A stretch of 64,000 nucleotides of DNA from an uncultured Anaerolineaceae bacterium (GTDB taxonomy: Bacteria > Chloroflexota > Anaerolineae > Anaerolineales > UBA4823), in the NCBI GenBank assembly GCA_964642565.1, contig CAZXPK010000002.1:130-64129 (forward strand), written 5' to 3'. This document shows, in pieces, positions 58,125 through 64,000 of this stretch; the first letter of the stretch is position 1, and each line of letters begins with the position of its first letter. Made by a program: the position numbers and the translations under genes. A model generated the notes under the pieces. That model was not told where the DNA came from. It saw only the letters and a program-made list of their open reading frames with translations, and searched no databases.

Positions 58125-59828
58125 TCATTTAATAATAATCCATAAAAATGTTATAAATGATGCAATTCGAAACAACCAGCTAAGTGTTTCCTGGTTCGCC
58201 ACAGATAATTGGATCGATGCCACCAGGAACGCGGCGAAAATAATCCCGCCAACTGCCTTAGATACCGTTTTTTCAAGTTTTTTGACGTTATCAGCCAATT
58301 GAGGATCCCGAACGTTCAATTCGCCTCTCTCCAGCCTGGTAATTAATGCATCAGCTCGGATAGGTAAGGTTAATACTTTTCGGGCAACACCTCCCGCTTC
58401 CTTAACCCAATAGCTCCAATCATGTTGTCCTTCTTCTGCGATTATTTTTTGTGTGAATGGTCCGAGGTGTTCAAATATATTGATCTGCGGGTCTAAACCG
58501 ATGCACATTCCCGACAAGATTCCTACAGCTCTCCCTAGGAAAATCAGATCCTGAGGAAGCTGAAATGGCATATTGTATAAAATATCACGAAACTCATAGG
58601 CAAAATCGTGGATCTCCTCCATATTTATATGCGTGAGCTCATCCATACCTTTACCCCAAAATCGCTTAAACATCGCAGATTCAGCTTTTTCCAATAATGA
58701 AATATCCGCCCCGGGTAAAAGTATGCCTAAGATTTGATACGACTTAACCACTCTTGAAGCATCCTGAAGACCTATACCGATAAGCAACTCTCGGAGACCA
58801 TCACGAATCTCAGGCCTCATCCGCCCTACCATCCCAAAATCGATGAAGGTTAACAACCATTCCTTATGAGTGGATGATGATTCGACGTTGACTAAAGGCT
58901 TTACAAATAAATTCCCAGGATGTGGATCAGCATGAAAGAAGCCATCTTCAAAGAATTGTTTTAAATATGTGTTCAATAACCTTGAGGCGACCTCAGATTT
59001 GTTGATACCCGCGGTTGTTATCTCATCATAATCTGTGATTTTGATGCCCCTGACATCTTGAAGTGTCAGCACACGTTTGGTTGTATGGGTCCATATCACC
59101 TTTGGGACTAGTACACCTGGATCGTTAGTGAAATTTACAGCAAAGGTTTCAGCATTTCTACCCTCAGCAAGGTAATCAATTTCTTCATAAAGAGTGCGGG
59201 TAAACTCAGCGATTAAACCTGGAATATTGGCTCGCTTACGAATGGGAGGATATCGTTTTATCCAATTGCCTACCGTCCGGATGGCAGCCAGGTCGGTTGC
59301 AATGATGCTCTCAATATTTGGCCTTTGAATTTTAACTACAACCGGGTATGTAATTCCGCTGTTGATATCTTCGCCGTTCTCTGAAGTATTCAGTTTTTCT
59401 GCTTGCTCTTTGGTTATGCGAAGTGTGGCTAAATGAGCTTGTCCTAAGGAAGCTGCTGCGAGAGGTGTTGGTTCGAATTCATTGAATTTATCCAGTAGAG
59501 GCATGCCAAATTCGGTTTCTATAACCGATCGAATATCATCAAAAGGCTCTGATGGGACTTCGTCCTGTAAACCTGCTAATTCGTCGGTAACCTCTCCGGG
59601 CATGATGTCCACTCTGGCGGATAGGAATTGCCCTACTTTAATCAACACTCCCCCCATCTGGATTGCCAAAGACCGATATTTTACTGCTATTTTACGAAGG
59701 CGTTCGGATCGTGTACGATGAGACCATTTAGAAAAACCGATTCGAGGCAACAAAAGGTCCCAGAAAATTATACTAATGAGGATTCGTGCAAAAAATAATA
59801 TAATCCTGCGATAGCGAGCTCGGAGCAT
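58125..59828 (-). CDS. ABC1/UbiB-family atypical protein kinase
   Basis: 567 aa with AAASLGQAH, EIDYLAEGRN, FFHADPHPGNLFV and IDFGMVG. Two C-terminal TM helices are present. Confidence 0.9.
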   Translation of the reverse strand: MLRARYRRIILFFARILISIIFWDLLLPRIGFSKWSHRTRSERLRKIAVKYRSLAIQMGGVLIKVGQFLSARVDIMPGEVTDELAGLQDEVPSEPFDDIRSVIETEFGMPLLDKFNEFEPTPLAAASLGQAHLATLRITKEQAEKLNTSENGEDINSGITYPVVVKIQRPNIESIIATDLAAIRTVGNWIKRYPPIRKRANIPGLIAEFTRTLYEEIDYLAEGRNAETFAVNFTNDPGVLVPKVIWTHTTKRVLTLQDVRGIKITDYDEITTAGINKSEVASRLLNTYLKQFFEDGFFHADPHPGNLFVKPLVNVESSSTHKEWLLTFIDFGMVGRMRPEIRDGLRELLIGIGLQDASRVVKSYQILGILLPGADISLLEKAESAMFKRFWGKGMDELTHINMEEIHDFAYEFRDILYNMPFQLPQDLIFLGRAVGILSGMCIGLDPQINIFEHLGPFTQKIIAEEGQHDWSYWVKEAGGVARKVLTLPIRADALITRLERGELNVRDPQLADNVKKLEKTVSKAVGGIIFAAFLVASIQLSVANQETLSWLFRIASFITFLWIIIK

Positions 59829-59841
59829 ATGCGATCGATCC

Positions 59842-60669
59842 TTATATGATGAGCACTGAGCAGGTGGAACGGTTCAATAATTGATCTGTGACATCATCCA
59901 GCAGTGTTCCTTGCCAACGATCCTGCCCGGGTTGATAATGAGCTCCGACGACTAAAAGGTCATAGCCACCTACGGATATTTCATTCAAAACCTCTTCAAC
60001 CACCAAACCTCGCCGAATTCGTGAAATGATATCGTTTCTCACTCCAGCATCCCGTAATTGTTGACTAGCTCGTTCCAAAAGCAATTCATGTGGTCGTTTG
60101 GCTTCTACTGATGGTTTCTTACTACTTGCCTCCGGTTTACTTAAAACTACCGAACCTGATTTGGCGATAGGAATCACATGTAATAATCCAATTTGGGCCG
60201 ATAATTTCGATATCCATTCGCCTCCCAACCTCATAGTCTCGCTCGCAGGAGCATCTGTGCCTGCACAAACCAAGACTTTTCTCATCTGTTTCGGAATGTT
60301 ACGAGCAACGAGAAAATGTGTATGTAGCTTGCGAGCCAGTTTACTGGTAGTTGACCCTAATTGCGGACGCAATAATCCTAGCTGTTCTCCTCCCCCACCG
60401 ACAACTACCAAATCACATGAAGACTCCAATGCCTCTGCTAATATTTCTTCGATGGGATTCCCATATCGTATTTTTTTAGTAAATACATATGTCGCACCTA
60501 AGGACTTTTCAATTTGGTTCATCGATATGGTTAATTTTCCTATATCAATTTTATTTTCACTCACCCCGAGAACAATCATCCGAGTAGTCGCTGGAAATCC
60601 AAATTTTGACAGTAATTCCGTTGACTGTATGGATGAATTTGACCCATCTGTACAAATCAATATTTCCAC
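59842..60669 (-). CDS. Tandem universal stress protein (two Usp domains)
   Basis: 275 aa with MEILICTDGS...DLVVVGGGG...STTSKLARKLHTHFLV in the first domain. The second domain has VLVCAGTD...DLLVVGAH...DVTDQLLNRSTCSVLI. Confidence 0.85.
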   Translation of the reverse strand: MEILICTDGSNSSIQSTELLSKFGFPATTRMIVLGVSENKIDIGKLTISMNQIEKSLGATYVFTKKIRYGNPIEEILAEALESSCDLVVVGGGGEQLGLLRPQLGSTTSKLARKLHTHFLVARNIPKQMRKVLVCAGTDAPASETMRLGGEWISKLSAQIGLLHVIPIAKSGSVVLSKPEASSKKPSVEAKRPHELLLERASQQLRDAGVRNDIISRIRRGLVVEEVLNEISVGGYDLLVVGAHYQPGQDRWQGTLLDDVTDQLLNRSTCSVLII

Positions 60670-60968
60670 GAAAGACTCCTTCTATAGAGATATACATCAA
60701 GATTGCTGGATATCACAGGTAGTATATTTTACCTTTAATATTCATAGCCATTCACTAACTGTATAGATAAGTAGTCTAAATTTTGTTTATGGTAGCTTCT
60801 CGAAGAATACACCAGAACTGCCACTTTGGGGTAGATAATTTTACAGAAGATAGTTTACGCTAATAGTAAAGAGTGATTACGTGTAATGAGCCATAATATC
60901 GATGATATTAAGTAGATACTATATAATTATATATTCTTACATACATTGGTCTATCGGATTACTTTATT

Positions 60969-62177
60969 ATGCCTGAATTTCAATTCATTCCTGAAAAACT
61001 CCCAGAATTTCCCAATTTTATTGATTTACCATGGAAGCTTGAGCTCGATGAATGGACTAAAGATGAAATTCGTTTGGAAGAGGTCCAACATGGAATCTCG
61101 CGCCATCCGGTTGTTTTTGTTAATTATGATGGTTCGCTTTATGTGATCAAAGAACTCCCCCAGAATATTGCACGAAAGGAATATGAAATCCTTTCTTATA
61201 TGCAAGAGCACAGCCTTCCTTGTGTAAAACCGGTAGGTTATGCTAAGGTTATGAGAAAAACAGGTGTGTCTAGCATTTTATTTACCCGGTATCTTGAAGC
61301 ATCAATACCGTATCGCTATTTATTTATTAACAATGCGGTGGACCGCTTCCAAACTCATTTATTAGACGCCATCTCAGGGTTATTAGTCCAGCTGCATTCA
61401 AACGGTTTTTATTGGGGAGATTGCTCGCTCTCCAATATATTATTTCAGCGCGATGCAGGTGCTCTACAAGCGTATCTGGTTGATGCTGAGACAGCAGAAT
61501 TTCATCTTCCCCGCCTCTCACCCATGCTACGTTATCATGACCTCGAAATCATGCAGGAAAATATACTCGGAGAGCTAACTGAGATCCAGACAGATGAGCA
61601 TCTATCTCTAAGTTACCCAATACAGGAAACAGGTCCATATATTCAACAACGCTATCGAGGATTATGGGAGGAAATTACCCGTGAAGATGTGTTTACCCAA
61701 AATGAACTCTACCGTGTCCAGGAACGAATCCGGGCATTGAACTCACTAGGCTTTTCGGTAAAAGACATTGAGCTTAAAAACGAAGACCATGGCAATATCC
61801 TTAAATTACGAGTTTTTGTTTCAGATCGTAATTTTCATCGCAATCAATTAATGGAAATTACTGGTTTATTCGCAGAGGACAGGCAAGCTCAACAGATTAT
61901 TAACGAAATTTATGAGCTCAAAGCTAATTTTTCCCAGGCAGGAAATCCGAACATATCCATTCAGGCGGTTGCCTACCATTGGCTGGAACATGTTTACAAA
62001 CCGGTGACTGAACAATTAAATTCTATTATCAAAAATACTTCGCACCCTAAATACAATGCGGACCCGATTGAAATGTATTGTCAAATCCTCGAACACAAGT
62101 GGTATCTATCGGAACGCGCTCGACACGATGTTGGCCACCTGGCAGCTGTTGAGGATTATATAAAGCTATTCAGCTAG
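60969..62177 (+). CDS. Protein-kinase-like fold protein with C-terminal DUF4032-like domain
   Basis: 402 aa. The N-terminal half resembles the Kdo/RIO kinase-like fold (YVIKELP, LHSNGFYWGDCSLSNILF, YLVDAETAEF). The C-terminus has the ILEHKWYLSERA motif that I associate with DUF4032. Confidence 0.6.
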   Translation: MPEFQFIPEKLPEFPNFIDLPWKLELDEWTKDEIRLEEVQHGISRHPVVFVNYDGSLYVIKELPQNIARKEYEILSYMQEHSLPCVKPVGYAKVMRKTGVSSILFTRYLEASIPYRYLFINNAVDRFQTHLLDAISGLLVQLHSNGFYWGDCSLSNILFQRDAGALQAYLVDAETAEFHLPRLSPMLRYHDLEIMQENILGELTEIQTDEHLSLSYPIQETGPYIQQRYRGLWEEITREDVFTQNELYRVQERIRALNSLGFSVKDIELKNEDHGNILKLRVFVSDRNFHRNQLMEITGLFAEDRQAQQIINEIYELKANFSQAGNPNISIQAVAYHWLEHVYKPVTEQLNSIIKNTSHPKYNADPIEMYCQILEHKWYLSERARHDVGHLAAVEDYIKLFS

Positions 62178-62193
62178 ATAATCTTATAAGACG

Positions 62194-62220
62194 CACAGCC
62201 AGGTATCATACCTGGCTGTG
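62194..62220. terminator. Bidirectional stem-loop terminator between the convergent DUF4032 and trpB2 genes
   Basis: CACAGCCAGGT-atcat-ACCTGGCTGTG forms an 11-bp perfect stem. Confidence 0.7.
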
Positions 62221-62237
62221 TAATCGTTTACTCACCT

Positions 62238-63611
62238 TTATGCCGGGGTCATTACTTTCGGTAGATGCTCTAAAGAAGTTTTTATTGCCTCCTCCGGGTA
62301 TTCGTAATCCTCCAATTTTCCACTGTGATACGCCTGGTAGGCACTCATATCGTAGTCACCATGACCAGACAAATTGAATAGGATGATGCGTGGCTCACCC
62401 TTATTTTTCGCCTCGAGAGCTTCGTCTATGGCTGCACGAATCGCATGAGCAGACTCTGGCGCAGGAATGATTCCCTCTGTTCGAGCAAACTGAATCGCAG
62501 CTTCGAAGGTTGCCAGCTGAGGAACAACGATGGCTTGTATGTAGCCAGCATTATATAACGCACAGATCGAGGGAGCCATTCCATGGTAACGTAATCCTCC
62601 CGCATGGATGGGTGGGGGTATAAAATCGTGACCAAGTGTATACATTTTTACAATGGGTGCCATTCGTGCTGTATCGCCATAATCAAATGCATAAACACCC
62701 TTAGTTAATGAAGGAGTCGCCTTTGGTTCTACTGCCAGCAAGCGGGTGTGCTTCCCATTCGTCAGATTTTGTTGTAAGAAGGGATATGCGATACCAGCGA
62801 AATTTGATCCGCCACCCACACACCCGATGACAACGTCTGGATATTCGCCTGCTAAATCCATCTGCTTCAACGCTTCCTGGCCAATCACAGTTTGATGCAG
62901 TAACACATGATTTAACACTGAACCAAGGCTGTACTTCTTCGCCCCACCTGATTTTACTGCCACCTCTACAGCCTCAGAGATAGCTATCCCAAGCGATCCT
63001 GGGCTGTTCGGATCAGTTTTGAGGATGGATTTTCCATAACCGGTATGTTCAGTTGGGCTAGGATATACCTTAGCTCCATAGGTTTCCATGAGATAACGCC
63101 GATATGGTTTTTGGTTATACGAAACTTTGACCATATAAACTTCCAGATTCAAGTCAAAGAATCTACATGCCATGGCCAATGCAGATCCCCATTGACCTGC
63201 ACCGGTTTCAGTTGCCAGGGATTTTGTCCCAGAAATTTTGTTATAAAACGCTTGAGCCACGGCGGTATTGGGTTTATGACTACCTACGGGAGAAGTTCCT
63301 TCATGCTTAAAATAAATATGTGCAGGTGTATCCAATAGTTTTTCCAAGCGTCTTGCCCGGATCAATGGTGTCGGACGCCATAATTTATAGATTTCCCGTA
63401 CTTCTGATGGAATCTCAATATAACGTTCTGTGCTAACTTCCTGTAGGATCAGTTCCATTGGAAAGAGCACTGATAAGAAATCCGGCGTGACTGGTTCAAA
63501 CGTCTGTGGATTAAGCACAGGTGCCGGGGTTACCGGATTATCCGCATTGATGTTGTACCAAAATTTAGGAAGATCCGATTCATTGAGTAAAAATCTTGTT
63601 TGGTCAAACAT
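62238..63611 (-). CDS. trpB2: TrpB-like PLP enzyme (tryptophan synthase beta chain, type 2)
   Basis: 457 aa with the long TrpB2-type N-terminus, the PLP-lysine motif [15 protein letters not shown], and GGGSNFAG. An AAGGAGG SD lies 6 nt upstream of the ATG. No trpA is adjacent. Confidence 0.9.
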   Translation of the reverse strand: MFDQTRFLLNESDLPKFWYNINADNPVTPAPVLNPQTFEPVTPDFLSVLFPMELILQEVSTERYIEIPSEVREIYKLWRPTPLIRARRLEKLLDTPAHIYFKHEGTSPVGSHKPNTAVAQAFYNKISGTKSLATETGAGQWGSALAMACRFFDLNLEVYMVKVSYNQKPYRRYLMETYGAKVYPSPTEHTGYGKSILKTDPNSPGSLGIAISEAVEVAVKSGGAKKYSLGSVLNHVLLHQTVIGQEALKQMDLAGEYPDVVIGCVGGGSNFAGIAYPFLQQNLTNGKHTRLLAVEPKATPSLTKGVYAFDYGDTARMAPIVKMYTLGHDFIPPPIHAGGLRYHGMAPSICALYNAGYIQAIVVPQLATFEAAIQFARTEGIIPAPESAHAIRAAIDEALEAKNKGEPRIILFNLSGHGDYDMSAYQAYHSGKLEDYEYPEEAIKTSLEHLPKVMTPA

Positions 63612-63637
63612 TTCAACCTCCTTATGGTTTTTGTCTT

Positions 63638-63981
63638 AAAACAAATACGCGCTCATCCTTTGGGGACGAACGCGCTAGGCCCGTGGTGCCACCCCGGTTA
63701 AGCAGACTTATTGATTAACAAAAAATCCCGTTATGATGCAACGGGAGATAATAGCCAGCTTCACTCTATTCAGATACGGTCTTGATTAGACGATATCTTT
63801 TGCCATGCTAACGGTGGCATCTCCGGCGTAGGCTACTCCTGGAAATTCCCAACTAGTTTCGCCTTGCGACTCTAAGGTCCATTCAGCTATACCGTACGGG
63901 CAAGATTCTCATCTATCCTTGCTCTCTGTGCCGTCGTGTTAAGGCTTACTCGTCCTCTTCAACGTCATTAATTATTTAGTT
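63638..63981 (-). promoter_or_regulatory. T-box leader (tRNA-Trp specific) with intrinsic terminator, controlling trpB2
   Basis: Read on the minus strand. The Stem I distal region has the AG-bulge CACAGAGA and distal loop AUAGAUGAGAA. The specifier loop 3' side is GAA-UGG-A (UGG at 63881-63879). The T-box sequence GGGGUGGCACCACGG lies at 63681-63700. The terminator CGCGUUCGUCC-ccaaa-GGAUGAGCGCG plus UAUUUGUUUU lies at 63674-63638, and its 5' arm overlaps the antiterminator 3' arm. A TATAAT -10 box lies at 63993-63988. Confidence 0.85.
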
Positions 63982-64000
63982 TGTCGAATTATATGTGTTA

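Noticed and set aside
60098-60766. 222-aa ORF antisense to the tandem USP gene
   Set aside because: The minus-strand product has two clear Usp domains. The plus-strand translation has no recognisable motif and is Ser/Pro/Cys-rich.
60897-60935. Palindromes AATATCgatGATATT and TATATAATTATATA in the USP/DUF4032 divergent region, considered as operator sites
   Set aside because: They are short, AT-only symmetry in a very AT-rich promoter region, which is expected by chance. No regulator gene is adjacent to support an operator call.

Overview
The window is a dense, mostly housekeeping bacterial chromosomal segment with about 55 protein genes, one tRNA and no transposase, integrase, CRISPR array or recognisable defence gene. 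Gene content suggests a Chloroflexota/Anaerolineae-like organism, but that is inference only. No HMM, BLAST or folding software was run; all calls rest on motifs read from the ORF translations and the DNA.

Contents, left to right:
- A structured non-coding repeat region (1-606).
- A 5-gene Opp/Dpp-type peptide ABC transporter operon.
- An M20 hydrolase / PH-SHOCT / creatininase-family / methyltransferase operon.
- A GT4 glycosyltransferase, then tRNA-Thr(CGU), udk, a cyclophilin and an M20 dipeptidase.
- A MoxR / DUF58 / DUF4129 operon.
- An exonuclease-DinG fusion.
- A long minus-strand cluster: DUF348-G5-propeller protein, UDP-xylose synthase, GtrA, a small beta-hairpin-repeat protein, a BchI/ChlI-like AAA+ ATPase, a TPR protein, a URO-D/MtaA-like protein and rsmD.
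- scpB.
- A cytoplasmic glycoside-hydrolase operon (GH13, GH63-like, GH2, GH38, with a divergent GH5) carrying an embedded MtaC/MtbC-type corrinoid protein.
- rluB-like pseudouridine synthase.
- An ECF sigma / anti-sigma pair followed by a GT-C(TIGR03663-like)-NHL fusion.
- sucCD, acpP, idi-2 and a GGPP synthase, hemW, and a LysM protein.
- Citrate synthase, mdh, trxB, an ABC1/UbiB kinase, a tandem USP, and a kinase-like DUF4032 protein.
- A stand-alone trpB2 preceded by a clear tRNA-Trp T-box leader.

The observations most worth follow-up:
- the orphan corrinoid protein inside the sugar operon;
- the Trp T-box on trpB2;
- the orphan ChlI-like ATPase cluster;
- the composite repeat at 229-489;
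- the sigma-coupled GT-C-NHL fusion.

I see no compelling evidence for a discrete, wholly new system, and the interest scores reflect that.
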